From Gammaproteobacteria bacterium (GTDB lineage: Bacteria; Pseudomonadota; Gammaproteobacteria; Arenicellales; JAANXG01), in the NCBI GenBank assembly GCA_034520625.1, contig JAXHNI010000011.1:41794-105793 (forward strand): DNA of 64,000 nt, in the 5' to 3' direction. The position numbers were made by a program, and so were the translations under genes. Below are positions 45,128-56,400 of this stretch, in pieces. The notes under the pieces are model-generated. The model made no database searches, was not told where the DNA came from, and saw nothing but the letters and a program-made list of their open reading frames with translations. Every line of letters begins with the position of its first letter. Position 1 is the stretch's first letter.

Positions 45128-46222
45128 ATGACAGCACCACTGAACACCATACCCGATGAGCTGCAGGCGGCCATTGACTGGGCGGCGCTTCGGGCCCGCT
45201 CCGTCAAGCACCAGGCTCTGACCGGTGACGAGAAATCACGCCTGGTCGAGCGTATCAAGCGAAAGCTTCACCAGCAGGACGCCGTCCTTGTGGCCCACTA
45301 TTACGTGGACTGGGATCTGCAGGACCTGGCGGAGGAATCCGGCGGCTTCGTGGCGGACTCACTCGAAATGGCGCGGTTCGGCTACGAGCATCCGGCCCGG
45401 ACCGTGATCGTCGCGGGAGTGCGTTTCATGGGGGAGACGGCGAAGATACTGAGTCCGGGGAAGCGGGTTCTGGTGGTGGAGGATGGAGCGGAATGCTCCC
45501 TGGATCTCGGCTGTCCCGCCGCCGAATTCACGAGATTCTGCGATGCCAATCCGGATCGCACGGTTGTCGTGTATGCCAATACCAGCGCGGCGGTGAAGGC
45601 CCGTGCCGACTGGGTTGTGACTTCGTCCATCGCGCTCAAGGTCGTGGAGCACCTGAAGCAGCGCGGTGAGAAGATCCTCTGGGCTCCTGACCGGTACCTC
45701 GGGCAGTACGTGCAGAGCCAGACGGGCGCCGACATGCTTTTGTGGCAGGCCGCCTGCGTAGTGCACGAGGAGTTCAAGGCCGGAGAGCTCGCCCGGATGA
45801 AGCAGGAGTATCCGGATGCCGCGGTGCTCGTGCATCCTGAATCCCCGCCGGAAGTGATCAAGCTGGCCGACCGGGTCGGCTCCACCAGCCAGATCATCCG
45901 TGCGGCGCGGGAGCTCCCCAACGACACCTTCATCGTCGCCACCGAGGATGGAATCTTCCACAAGATGAAGCAGCAGGCGCCGGGCAAGACCTTCATTGCC
46001 GCGCCGACCGCCGGCGAGGGCGCTACGTGCAAGAGCTGCGCCCACTGCCCGTGGATGAAGCTCAATGACCTGCAGCGCCTGGAGCATGTTCTGGATACCG
46101 GTGCGAACGAGGTTTTTATCGACGAAGCCATCCGTGTCGAGGCGGAGAAGTCCCTGAAGCGCATGGTGAATTTCGCCCGCGAGCACGTCCATCCGGCCAT
46201 GAAGGTGTCCGGGGACGCATAG
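45128..46222 (+). CDS. nadA: Quinolinate synthase
   Basis: [44 protein letters not shown]. Confidence 0.96.
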   Translation: MTAPLNTIPDELQAAIDWAALRARSVKHQALTGDEKSRLVERIKRKLHQQDAVLVAHYYVDWDLQDLAEESGGFVADSLEMARFGYEHPARTVIVAGVRFMGETAKILSPGKRVLVVEDGAECSLDLGCPAAEFTRFCDANPDRTVVVYANTSAAVKARADWVVTSSIALKVVEHLKQRGEKILWAPDRYLGQYVQSQTGADMLLWQAACVVHEEFKAGELARMKQEYPDAAVLVHPESPPEVIKLADRVGSTSQIIRAARELPNDTFIVATEDGIFHKMKQQAPGKTFIAAPTAGEGATCKSCAHCPWMKLNDLQRLEHVLDTGANEVFIDEAIRVEAEKSLKRMVNFAREHVHPAMKVSGDA

Positions 46223-46273
46223 CGACGCCATGTGGCGTCGCCGCCCCGGCCGAGTTCGGAATTCGACTCCCGC

Positions 46274-47713
46274 CTACGCCTTCGCGACGCGGCGCCGGTA
46301 TGCCTCCAGGGCGCGCAGACGGGTCTGTTTCAGATCCAGAACCGGGTCCGGATAGTTGCTGCCGGGCCGCACGCCGGCTTTAGACAGGACATCGCGCGGC
46401 GCCGTCGACGGGTTGTGGATGTAGCGGTCCGGCAGCGCGGCGATCTCCGGAATCCAGCGGCGCACGTATTCGCCCCCGGGGTCGAAACGCTGTCCCTGGG
46501 TCACCGGGTTGAATATCCGAAAGTAGGGCGCGGCATCGGGCCCGCTGCCCGCTACCCACTGCCAGCCCATGGTATTGTTGGCGAGGTTGGCGTCCACCAG
46601 TGTGTCCCAGAACCAGCGCGCGCCCGAGCGCCAGTGTATGGCCGCGTTCTTGGTCAGGAACGATGCCGTGATCATCCGCACGCGGTTGTGCATGAAACCG
46701 GTCCGCCAGAGTTCGCGCATACCGGCGTCCACCAGTGGAATACCCGTAGCACCCTTCCTCCAGGCCCCGGCGACGGCTGAATCGTCCTGCCACGGAAACG
46801 CGTCAAAGGCCGGCTTGAAATTGCGTTCCGTGATATGAGGAAAGTGGTACAGCAACTGATGGGCGAAATCCCGCCACAGGAGTTGGCGCAGGTACGGCTC
46901 GGCGGCATCGGCGCGCCCCATGCTGCCCGTTCCGTGGAGCACGGCGTGCCAAAGGGAACGGGGGGATATTTCGCCGAAATGCAGGTGAGGCGACAGCCGG
47001 GAAATACCTTCCGCACCCGGGCGATCGCGCGCCGCTTCGTAGCCCACGGCGCCGGACTCGATGAACGACTCGACGCGCCGCCATGCCGCGGATTCCCCCA
47101 CCCGCCAATGGTCCGAAAAGCCCGTGTCCCAGCGCACGCGTGGCAGCAATCGAAGCGAATCGATCCCGTCGTCCCGGACTGCGGAGCCGGCGCCATTCAT
47201 CGACCCGGGGCCCGCGAGGGGCGGGCCGGGGTCGCCGAGCCTGCGGCTGGCCCGGGCGTAGGGCGTAAAAACCATGTATGGCGTGCCGCCGCCGGTCATA
47301 ACCTCCCAGGGCTCCCGGACCAGGTATCCCGGAAAGCTGCGGGAACGGATACCGATGGTCCGCAGCGCGGTCTTGACCCGGGTGTCCCGGGCCAGGGTGG
47401 CCGGGTCGTAGAGACGGTTCCAATACACCGCCGAGGCGCCGGTGCGTTGTTGAAGCATCATGAGCACCGACAGCGAGTCGCCCCGGAATACCAGGAGATG
47501 AGACTGCAGGCGCCGCAACCCGCGGCCGAGGGATTCCAGGCTGTGGTGGAGCCACCAGCGGCTCGCGGCGCCCGGTTGCCAGGGCTCTTCCTCCTCCGGT
47601 GCGAAGATATACACCGGCACGATCTGTGCCCCTTCTTCACGGGCTTTCGACAGTGCCGCGTTATCATGCAGACGCAGGTCCCTGCGAAACCAGACGATGA
47701 TGGTGTCGGACAT
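46274..47713 (-). CDS. phrB: Deoxyribodipyrimidine photolyase (class I CPD)
   Basis: WFRRDLRLHDNAAL, SRLSPHLHFGEIS, MHNRVRM, GWQW, PYFRIFNP. Confidence 0.94.
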   Translation of the reverse strand: MSDTIIVWFRRDLRLHDNAALSKAREEGAQIVPVYIFAPEEEEPWQPGAASRWWLHHSLESLGRGLRRLQSHLLVFRGDSLSVLMMLQQRTGASAVYWNRLYDPATLARDTRVKTALRTIGIRSRSFPGYLVREPWEVMTGGGTPYMVFTPYARASRRLGDPGPPLAGPGSMNGAGSAVRDDGIDSLRLLPRVRWDTGFSDHWRVGESAAWRRVESFIESGAVGYEAARDRPGAEGISRLSPHLHFGEISPRSLWHAVLHGTGSMGRADAAEPYLRQLLWRDFAHQLLYHFPHITERNFKPAFDAFPWQDDSAVAGAWRKGATGIPLVDAGMRELWRTGFMHNRVRMITASFLTKNAAIHWRSGARWFWDTLVDANLANNTMGWQWVAGSGPDAAPYFRIFNPVTQGQRFDPGGEYVRRWIPEIAALPDRYIHNPSTAPRDVLSKAGVRPGSNYPDPVLDLKQTRLRALEAYRRRVAKA

Positions 47714-47792
47714 GATGATTTCCGGATTTTCTCTGGTTGCCTGAATGCGTAGAGTATCGGCCTGCGTCCCCTTCTGCCACGGTCAACCGCCA

Positions 47793-48896
47793 ATGAGTCA
47801 ATTTCTCGGCCACTTACGATTCAGCCACGATCAGCCCCTGCGCGACGGGGTTCTGTTGACCAATCTCGGCACCCCGGACGCTCCCGAGCGGCGGAACCTT
47901 CGCCGCTATCTGAAGCAGTTTCTCTGGGATCCGCGCGTGGTGGAGCTTCCGCGTCCCCTCTGGTGGCTGATTCTGAACCTCGTGATCCTGAACCTGCGGC
48001 CGCGGCGGAGCGCGGAGCTCTACCGCAAGGTCTGGACCGAGCAGGGTTCACCGCTGATGGTGCATACCCGGCGGCTTGCCGAGGAGGTGGCGGCGCAACT
48101 GGATGAGCGCCTTCCCCGACCGCCGCTGGTGGAGGTCGCCATGCGCTACGGCCAGCCCTCCATTGCGTCGGCACTGCGCAGGATGCACAGTGCGCAGCTG
48201 AACCGGCTGATGGTGCTGCCCATGTATCCCCAGTATTCCGGCTCGACCACGGGGTCCACTTTCGATGCGGTTTCCCGGGAGCTGAGGCGTTGGCGGTGGG
48301 TTCCGGAGCTGCGTTTCGTGAACGGATACCACGATAATGAGCTCTATATCGAGGCCCTTGCGGGCAAAATACGCGGTGCCTGGGAGACGACGGATGGGCC
48401 GGGCCAAATGCTGTTGATGTCCTTTCACGGCATTCCAAAGCGCTATCTGCTCGAGGGCGATCCGTATCACTGCCAGTGCCACGCCACCGCACGCCTCCTC
48501 GCCGGCAAGCTGGGATTGCCGGCCGACCGATGGAAGGTCGTGTTCCAGTCGCGCTTCGGCCGCGAGCCCTGGCTCCAGCCATACTGCGACGAGACGCTCG
48601 CGGCGCTGCCCGGCCAGGGGGTGCGAAGCGTGGACGTAGTATGTCCGGGCTTTGCCGTGGACTGCCTGGAAACCCTGGAAGAGATCGCCATCCAGAACAG
48701 GGAGCTGTTCGAGCGTTCGGGGGGTGAATCGTTCCGGTACATTCCCTGCCTCAACGACGATCCGGCAAACCGGGATCTGGTGCTGAATCTCATTGAGCAG
48801 CACACCGGCGGTTGGCGCGGGTTCGGGGCGGACGACGACCCGGCCGTGCTGGATGAGCGGCGGGACCGGGCACTGGCCCTGGGCGCGGAGCGATGA
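47793..48896 (+). CDS. hemH: Ferrochelatase
   Basis: NLGTPDAP, MRYGQPS, PMYPQYS, SFHGIP, FQSRFG, DCLETLEEI. Confidence 0.95.
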   Translation: MSQFLGHLRFSHDQPLRDGVLLTNLGTPDAPERRNLRRYLKQFLWDPRVVELPRPLWWLILNLVILNLRPRRSAELYRKVWTEQGSPLMVHTRRLAEEVAAQLDERLPRPPLVEVAMRYGQPSIASALRRMHSAQLNRLMVLPMYPQYSGSTTGSTFDAVSRELRRWRWVPELRFVNGYHDNELYIEALAGKIRGAWETTDGPGQMLLMSFHGIPKRYLLEGDPYHCQCHATARLLAGKLGLPADRWKVVFQSRFGREPWLQPYCDETLAALPGQGVRSVDVVCPGFAVDCLETLEEIAIQNRELFERSGGESFRYIPCLNDDPANRDLVLNLIEQHTGGWRGFGADDDPAVLDERRDRALALGAER

Positions 48897-49858
48897 ACCA
48901 GAGCGCCTCAGCTCCGGTGATCCGGGTCGGCATCAGCAGCTGCCTGCTGGGTCAGGAGGTGCGTTTCGACGGCGGTCACAAGCGGGACGCGTTCATTAAT
49001 CGTGTGCTGAGCGAGCATTTCGAGTTCGTTCCATACTGTCCGGAAGTGGCGATCGGGCTGGGCGTACCGCGGGATCCCATACGACTGGAACGCCGCGACG
49101 GAGATATCCGTGTGGTCGGGGTCCGGCAACCCGGGCTTGACGTGACCCAACCCCTGGGCGACTACGGGCGCGAGGTCGCCCGGGCGGACCCCGGTATCAG
49201 CGGCTACATACTGAAGAGCAAGTCACCGACCTGCGGCATGGAGCGGGTGAAGGTCTATGATGCGGCCAGCGGCATCCCCGCCGCCGACGGGGTCGGCGAG
49301 TTCGCGAGAAGTTTGATGGAACAGTGGCCGGAGCTGCCGGTGGAAGAGGAAGGCCGTCTGAACGACCCGGTGCTGCGGGAGAACTTCATTGAACGGGTAT
49401 TTACATACAGGCGCTGGCAGGAACTGGTCGGGACGGGCGAGACGGCGGCTGGAATCGTGGAATTCCACACCCGCCACAAGCTGTTGATCATGTCGCACAG
49501 CCAGAAGGCATACCGGGAACTGGGCAGGATGGTCGCCGATTGCGGGACCGGGGAGTCCCGTGCCTTCGGGGCCCGGTACATCTCCGCGCTCATGGCGGCG
49601 CTGCGTATCCGCGCGACCCGGAAAAACCATGCCAATGTGCTTCAGCATGTTCAGGGGTACTTGAAGGATCACATCGACGGGGAGGACAAGCAGGAGCTCA
49701 ACGAGGTCATCGAAACCTACCGGTTGGGACGGGTTCCCCTGGTGGTGCCGATCACGCTCCTGAACCATCACTTCCGCCGCCACCCCGACGAGTACATGCA
49801 GCGCCAGTACTACCTCAATCCACACCCGCCTGAGTTGATGCTACGCAACCTGATCTGA
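48893..49858 (+). CDS. DUF523 + DUF1722 protein (YbgA/2-thiouracil desulfurase-like)
   Basis: GISSCLLGQEVRFDGGHK, CPEV, KSPTCG, PVEEEGRL, ANVLQHVQGYLK. Confidence 0.9.
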   Translation: MNQSASAPVIRVGISSCLLGQEVRFDGGHKRDAFINRVLSEHFEFVPYCPEVAIGLGVPRDPIRLERRDGDIRVVGVRQPGLDVTQPLGDYGREVARADPGISGYILKSKSPTCGMERVKVYDAASGIPAADGVGEFARSLMEQWPELPVEEEGRLNDPVLRENFIERVFTYRRWQELVGTGETAAGIVEFHTRHKLLIMSHSQKAYRELGRMVADCGTGESRAFGARYISALMAALRIRATRKNHANVLQHVQGYLKDHIDGEDKQELNEVIETYRLGRVPLVVPITLLNHHFRRHPDEYMQRQYYLNPHPPELMLRNLI

Positions 49859-50056
49859 GCAGTCGCGGGGCGGCTGCTTCGGATCCGCCCCCGATTGCGT
49901 TTCGAATCCGCTGGGGGAGTTCCGGGGTGTGGTTTCAGGACCAGGCGGGTGAGTTGGAGACCAGAAACAGGAGGATGGACAGTGCGAATTGATTGCCGAA
50001 TGTGCGAAATATCATGGAAAATCTCCGCCAATATACCCGTTCCGGGCAAACCGGCC

Positions 50057-50106
50057 TTTTGTTGCATTGCACAATATCATAGCTGGTTTTGCTGCAATGC
50101 ACAATA
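50057..50106. promoter_or_regulatory. Tandem 20-bp imperfect palindromes at 30-bp period (PhaR-like boxes)
   Basis: TTTTGTTGCATTGCACAATA and TTTTGCTGCAATGCACAATA. Confidence 0.55.
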
Positions 50107-50286
50107 GAAGGTATGCAGTGTCGGCGGGAGCGTGCCTGCACTGCCGCACGGATGCCCCTGGCCCCGTCTGATATGGTAGAGCGCATCATGAAAATGCGTC
50201 GGGCAGCGGCAGCCGGCCGGCTGCCGTGGGTGCGGCAGTCAACAAACAATAATCGTTGATGGCTTTTGAACAGGGGGCTTCCGGGT

Positions 50287-50808
50287 ATGAAATCGTGGTT
50301 CAGTAAACCGGCGCATCAGGATTCCACCGACCTGCCTCTTTACAAGCGCCGGGGCCGATTCCTGCGGGAGGCGGACCGGGCGTTGTTCGACTGCCTGCAG
50401 CGGGTGCTTGGCCAGGCCTATCATGTTTTTGTGAAGGTGAAGCTCTCGGAGCTGGTAGAGCCTCAGGTCGAGACGGGGAACCGGTTTCATCAGCTGCACT
50501 GGATCAAGGTGCACCGCCAGACGATCGATTTCCTGATTTGCCGGAAGCACGACATGGCGCCGCTTGTGGCGATCCGGGTCCTGCCCAGGACCGACTATGC
50601 GCGGCGCGGAATTTCCGCCCATGACGTCGTCGATACCGTCCTGCGGGATATCGGCCTGCCGCGCATCACCCTGTCGGAAAAGAAACGCTACGACCCGGAC
50701 GACCTGAAGAAGAAGCTCAGAATGGCTATGGCGGAAAGCCAGGATCACGCTCCCGCAGCGGGCGGATCCGGTCCGGGCGGTGCCCCGAAGAACACGGCCC
50801 CGAACTAG
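50287..50808 (+). CDS. DUF2726 domain protein
   Basis: LPLYKRR..L..A.RALF..L, VFVKVKLSELV, IDFLIC pattern. Confidence 0.75.
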   Translation: MKSWFSKPAHQDSTDLPLYKRRGRFLREADRALFDCLQRVLGQAYHVFVKVKLSELVEPQVETGNRFHQLHWIKVHRQTIDFLICRKHDMAPLVAIRVLPRTDYARRGISAHDVVDTVLRDIGLPRITLSEKKRYDPDDLKKKLRMAMAESQDHAPAAGGSGPGGAPKNTAPN

Positions 50809-50821
50809 TGCACACCGGAGC

Positions 50822-53464
50822 TTGACTACTTCCATCGTCAGCGAGCTGTTCCAGGAGCTCGATCGGGGCGGCCTGGCGATCACATCGACCCGCCGCCTTT
50901 CCAGACAGGTGGAGCAGCGCTACGCCGAGTGGAAGATGGAGGCAGGCGCGGGCGCATGGCCAACCCCGCGGGTGCGAGTCTGGGAGGACTGGCTGCACGG
51001 TATCTGGCAGACCGGTTTCGAGCACCACCCCGGTGCGCCTCGATTGCTGACCGAAGACCAGGAACTGCTGCTCTGGGAGCAGGTGATTCGCCGGCGGGCC
51101 CCCGCCGGCGGCGACCGGGTCCCGCTTCAGCTTTCCGGAACGGCCCGCGCCGCGCGAAACTCATGGAACCGGACTCACGACTGGCAGATCGACTGGCACC
51201 GCATGGGGGAGCGACGCGGCGCTGACACCGAAGCGTTCGTGGACTGGGCCGGCGAGGTGCGCCGGACACTTGCCGATCGTAACTGGCTGACGCCCGCGCA
51301 ACTGCCCCAATATCTCGTGAACCACGCCGCCGATTGGCTCCCGGGCCGGGAGGGACCGGTCTGGTGGATGGGGTTCGACGCCATGACGCCGGCGACGCGG
51401 ATGGTGATCGAGCTGCTCGCGGACCATGGACTGGCGCAGAAGCATTTCGGCGATGCCGGTATCGACTGCCCCGGCGCAACGGTGGTCGCCTGCGGGGACG
51501 CGGAGGACGAATGGCAGCGTATTGCACGATGGGCGCGGGACGCGCTTACTGAGGAACCGCAGGTGAGGCTGGGCGTAGTCTGTCCCGACCTTCACAGCCG
51601 GCGCGATGCAATCGAGGAGATCCTCGAAGACGTCCTGCATCCGGAACTGGCGTGGCGGGTGGATGCGCCCCGCGTATTCCACCTGTCGCTGGGCCGGCCG
51701 CTGACGGAGTATCCGCTGGTCGGCTCGGCGCTGGACCTCCTGCGCTGGTCCGGGGCCCGTATCCCTTTCGAGGTCGTTTCACGCACCCTGCGCTCGCCTT
51801 ACGTGGGTGCGTGCAACGATCTCGACGCGCGGGTGGATTTCGAGATCGCTCTGCGCCGGACGGGACAGGAGACGTTCACCCTCGACTACCTGGCGAGACT
51901 CGCCGGCGAGCGCCCGGGGCTGGAGGCGTTCGCCCGCCACCTCGAAGTCGCCCGCAGCCTGGACACGCCGGAGCAGGAGAATCCGGACGGCTGGTCGGCG
52001 TACTTCAGCGTCTGGCTGCGGGCATTCAACTGGCCGGGGGAACGGTCCCTGAACAGCCAGGAGCACCAGACCGCCAACGCCTGGCGGGAGCAGTTGTCGC
52101 GGTTTGCCGGTCTCAACACGGTCCGGGAGCGTTGGACGCTGTCGGAAGCGGTCGGGAAATTGTCGGCCATGACCGCCGAACGAATCCTGCAGTTCCATGA
52201 TGACCAGGCACCGCTGCAGATCCTGGGGGCGGGTGAATGCGCCGGGCTGTGGTTCGACCGGATCTGGCTTGCCGATATGAGCGACACGGTGTGGCCGCCG
52301 CCGCCGCGGCCCGACCCGTTCATCCCGGTGTCCCTGCAGAAGGAGAGCGGCATGCCGAACGCCTCGGCACAGGCCGTGCTGGCGCACACACGCACGCGGA
52401 CGGCGGGCCTGATGTCGAGCGCCCGGTGCATCACCGTCAGCTTTGCGGCGGACGATGGCGGCACCCACGAGGTGCTGAGCCCCCTGTTCAGCGCTTGCCC
52501 GGAGGGCGAGCCCGGCGATACCGGCGGTTATCCAGGGCGTACGAAGCAATTGATGCGGGCCGGGCCGGGCCTGGAAACCGTGGCCGACCACCATGCACCC
52601 CCGCCGCGTGATCGGGCGCTGCGCGGCGGTGTGGCAGTGCTCGCCGACCAGGCACGCTGCCCGTTCCGGGCCCTGGCCCACCACCGCCTCCATGCCCGGG
52701 ACCTGGAGCAGGTGGTGCCGGGCCTCGATCCCGCCACCCGGGGCCGGCTGGTGCACGAGGTACTCAAGCAGGCCTGGGACCGGCTGGGCGACAGCGATGC
52801 GCTCAATGGTCTCGACGACGCTGGCCTCGAAGCCCTGGTGGCAGAGGTTTCGGCCCGGGCGCTGGCGGGGGAGTTCGCGGACTCGCTTTTCCAGCGCGGC
52901 TTTCTCGACATCGAGCGGACACGCCTGGCAGGGCTGCTCCGGGAATGGCTGGCGGTGGAAACACAAAGACCGTGGTTCCGGGTTGTCGGTACAGAGACGG
53001 CCATGCGCCTGGAGTTGGGCGGTGCCTGGTTCGACGTCCGCGCCGATCGGATCGATGAGCTGGCCGATGGCCGCCGGGTGATCATCGACTACAAAACGGG
53101 TCGACTTCCCGCCGTGGGTGACTGGGCGGAGCCGCGAATGGACGAGCCGCAACTGCCGATGTACGCGCTGTCTATCGACGAAGACATCGCGGCGCTGGCG
53201 TTGGCCGGCATCCGGCGGGGCGAGTGCGAGCTGCGCGGTGTCGCGGACAATGTCGAGGATATGGGCTCCGTGAAGCCGGTGGCCGAGCTGGGCTTCCAGA
53301 GCATGGCGCAGATCCGGTCCTGGTGGGAGTCCGCCCTGGGCAGCCTGGTGGATGCGTACCGGAACGGCGACGCCCGGGTGGATCCGCGGAGCACGCGGAC
53401 CTGCCGGCATTGCGATGCCGCGCCCCTTTGCCGGGTGTTCGAACGCGGGGATCCAGTGGCGTGA
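50822..53464 (+). CDS. AddB-like DNA repair protein with C-terminal PD-(D/E)XK nuclease (start approximate)
   Basis: QARCPFRA, RGRLVHEVL, RADRID, IIDYKTG, EPQLPMYA, CRHC.....C Fe-S-type cysteines. Confidence 0.85.
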   Translation: MTTSIVSELFQELDRGGLAITSTRRLSRQVEQRYAEWKMEAGAGAWPTPRVRVWEDWLHGIWQTGFEHHPGAPRLLTEDQELLLWEQVIRRRAPAGGDRVPLQLSGTARAARNSWNRTHDWQIDWHRMGERRGADTEAFVDWAGEVRRTLADRNWLTPAQLPQYLVNHAADWLPGREGPVWWMGFDAMTPATRMVIELLADHGLAQKHFGDAGIDCPGATVVACGDAEDEWQRIARWARDALTEEPQVRLGVVCPDLHSRRDAIEEILEDVLHPELAWRVDAPRVFHLSLGRPLTEYPLVGSALDLLRWSGARIPFEVVSRTLRSPYVGACNDLDARVDFEIALRRTGQETFTLDYLARLAGERPGLEAFARHLEVARSLDTPEQENPDGWSAYFSVWLRAFNWPGERSLNSQEHQTANAWREQLSRFAGLNTVRERWTLSEAVGKLSAMTAERILQFHDDQAPLQILGAGECAGLWFDRIWLADMSDTVWPPPPRPDPFIPVSLQKESGMPNASAQAVLAHTRTRTAGLMSSARCITVSFAADDGGTHEVLSPLFSACPEGEPGDTGGYPGRTKQLMRAGPGLETVADHHAPPPRDRALRGGVAVLADQARCPFRALAHHRLHARDLEQVVPGLDPATRGRLVHEVLKQAWDRLGDSDALNGLDDAGLEALVAEVSARALAGEFADSLFQRGFLDIERTRLAGLLREWLAVETQRPWFRVVGTETAMRLELGGAWFDVRADRIDELADGRRVIIDYKTGRLPAVGDWAEPRMDEPQLPMYALSIDEDIAALALAGIRRGECELRGVADNVEDMGSVKPVAELGFQSMAQIRSWWESALGSLVDAYRNGDARVDPRSTRTCRHCDAAPLCRVFERGDPVA

Positions 53465-56400
53465 CGCAGGGCATGCAGGACAGCGATGATCAGGCCGTGC
53501 GGGACCGGGCGCTCGCTGTTGATGGGTCGTTCATCGTCCAGGCACCAGCCGGGTCGGGAAAAACCGAGCTGCTCATTCAGCGGTACCTGAACCTGCTGGG
53601 CCGCGTCGAGGAGCCCGAGGAGATCGTCGCCATCACCTTCACGCGCAAGGCCGCCGGGGAGATGCGCGAGCGGATCCTGGCGGCCCTGCGCCGCGCGGAC
53701 GCGGGTGAGAGCGGCACCGGCGAGGTGGAGACCGGACGGTTGGCGCTGGCGCGCCGGGTGGTGGTGAATGACCGCCGGCGGGGCTGGGAGCTGATCAGCC
53801 ATCCGGCGCGGCTGCAAATCCAGACCATCGATGCCCTGTGCCTGTCGCTCAGCCGGAGGCTGCCTTATCTGTCCGGATTCGCGGCGCCTTCAGGGATACT
53901 GGAAGATGCCGGGGCGACCTATCGGCGGGCCGCCGTTGACGCGATACGTCAGCTCGGCGACGGGGATGCCGAGTGGCGTGATGTCCTCCGCCGCTTCCTG
54001 GTCCACGTCGACAATGACATGGCCCGGGCCACCGCCCTGCTTTCCGCCATGCTTGCGACCCGCGACCAGTGGCTGCGCTACCTCGGGGATGACCGCATGT
54101 TGCAGGCAAACCTCGAGTCCGGCTGGCGCAACGTGGTCGAAGGGTATCTGAGGCGGGTGGATGCGGCGTTTCCCGCAGCGCTCAAAGCGCCAATGGCGGA
54201 ATGCGCCGCCGCCGCCGCGTGGCAGCGCCTGGAGGACGGCGATGCAGCGGGACCCCGGGCCTGGCTCGAAGGCGAGGGCTTCCCCGCGCCCGGGGCCGAT
54301 CAGCTGCCGCGCTGGCGTTTCATGGTGGATTTGCTGGTCACGCAGTCGGCGCCGCAATGGCGGCGACAGGTGAACCGGAACCAGGGCTTTCTCCCGAAAA
54401 CCGAAGCCAAGCAGGCCATGCAGGAGCTGCTCGCTTTGCTCGCCGGGGATAAGGGGCTCCCCGGCGTTCTCTACACGGTGAAGTCGCTGCCGGACCCTGG
54501 GCTCGAGGTTGAACAGGCTCTGGTGCTCGACGCCATGGTGGGCGTGCTCAAGCTCGGGGTCGCCCAGCTTCAGGTGATCTTCGCCGAGACCGGGCAGGTG
54601 GATTTCGTGGAGGTCACGCAGCGGGCCAACCGGGCGCTGGGCGCCCTCGAGGCGCCCACCGACCTGGCGTTGATGCTGGATTACCGTATCCAGCATCTGC
54701 TCGTGGACGAGTTCCAGGACACTTCCGTGACCCAGCGCGAGCTGCTCGAGCTGCTGACCCAGGGCTGGGCGCCGGGCGACGGCCGGACTCTGTTCCTGGT
54801 GGGAGACCCCATGCAGTCCATCTACCGGTTCCGCCAGGCGGACGTGGGTGTATTCCTGGGAATCCGCGAGCATGGACTGGCGACCGTGCCCGTGGAAGCC
54901 TTGCGTCTGCGCAGCAACTTCCGCTCCGCTCCGGGGGTCGTGGAATGGGTGAACCGGGCGTTCGGGGATTGTTTCCCCCCGGTTTCCGACAGTACATCGG
55001 GCGCGGTAGCTTACGCGCCGTCGATTCCGCAACGGCCGTCGCCGGACCAAGAGGCCGGGGTGCATGTCCATCCATTCGTGGACTGCGCCGCGCCTCGTTG
55101 GGCGGACGAGCTTGCGGTGCTGATCGGTCGGGCGCTGGAGCGCTCCGGCGATGTCGCGGTGCTGGTGCGCGCCCGTTCCCACCTGAAGCCGCTCCTCCCT
55201 GCGCTTCAGGCAAGAGGCATTCCGTATTCGGGCGTGGACATCGCCGCCCTGATCAACCAGCCGGCGGTACGGGACCTGCACAGCCTGACCCGGGCGCTGA
55301 TTCATCCCGGGGACCGGATGGCGTGGCTGGCGCTGCTTCGGGCGCCATGGTGCGGGTTGCTGCTGGAAGACCTGGTTGCCCTGGCGGAGAAGCGCCCGCC
55401 CGTGGTCTGGACGGCGCTCCACGATCCGGAGACCCTCGCCGGCATGTCGTCCCACGGAAGGGAACGGATCGACCGGTTCAAGGCCGCACTGGCCGGCGCC
55501 ATGGACCAGCGCTGCCGGTTGCCGCTCCGACATTGGGTTCGGCGCGCCTGGGTGTCGCTGGACGGGCCGGCGCTGATGGAGGCTCCGGAGATCCGGCACG
55601 CCCAGACCTACTTCGATCTGCTGGGCCGTTACCAGGCCGGCCCGTACCTGGCGGACGAAAGAGCCTTCGACGAGGCCCTCAAGAGCCACTGGGCCAATGT
55701 GGAAGCGCGCTCCGGTGCGGTACAGCTCATGACGATACACCGCGCGAAGGGGCTGGAGTTCGACGAGGTGTTCCTGCCCGCCCTGGAAAGCGTGCCCCGC
55801 GGCGAGGACAAGCGATTGCTGTTGTGGGAGGAGCCGGCGGACGGGCAGGGCCTGCTGCTTGCCGCGATGTCCGCCCGCGGGGCCGGCGAGGATCCCCACT
55901 ATCGGTACCTGCGCGCCCTGCAGGCGGAGAAGGCGGAGCACGAGGATGTCCGGCTCCTGTACGTCGCCTGCACCCGGGCGAGGGAACGTTTGCACCTGCT
56001 GGGAAACGTTTCCACTCGGGACGGGGATGTGACTGCGCCCCGCAAGGGGAGCCTGCTGCAGCGCATCTGGCCGTCCGTCGGGGCCCGGTTCCTGGAAGCG
56101 GCCGCTGGGGCGGTGGAACCCGGCGGCGACGACCTCGAGCGGCGGGAACCGGGGCGGGGTCAGCCGCTGCGGCGAGTCCCGTCGGGCTGGTCGGCGCCCG
56201 GGTGGCCCGATGCGCTGCCGGTGGCGGCGCCGACTCGTATGGACGAGCAGCGCGTGGAGTTCTCCTGGGCGGGAGAAACCGCCCGCCACGTCGGCATACT
56301 GGTGCACGAGCTCATACAGCGCATCGCTGCGGAGGGGTTCGCGCGATGGAGCATGGAACGCGTGGAGGCGTCCCTGCCCGGCTGGCGGGATCGTCTTCAC

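Noticed and set aside
47714-47792. RpoE-ChrR type promoter for hemH
   Set aside because: GCGTA is present at 47747 but there is no convincing TGATC -35 at the proper spacing
50044-50060. c-di-GMP-I riboswitch start (GGGCAAACC)
   Set aside because: Lacks the following GNRA hairpin and GCAAAG elements
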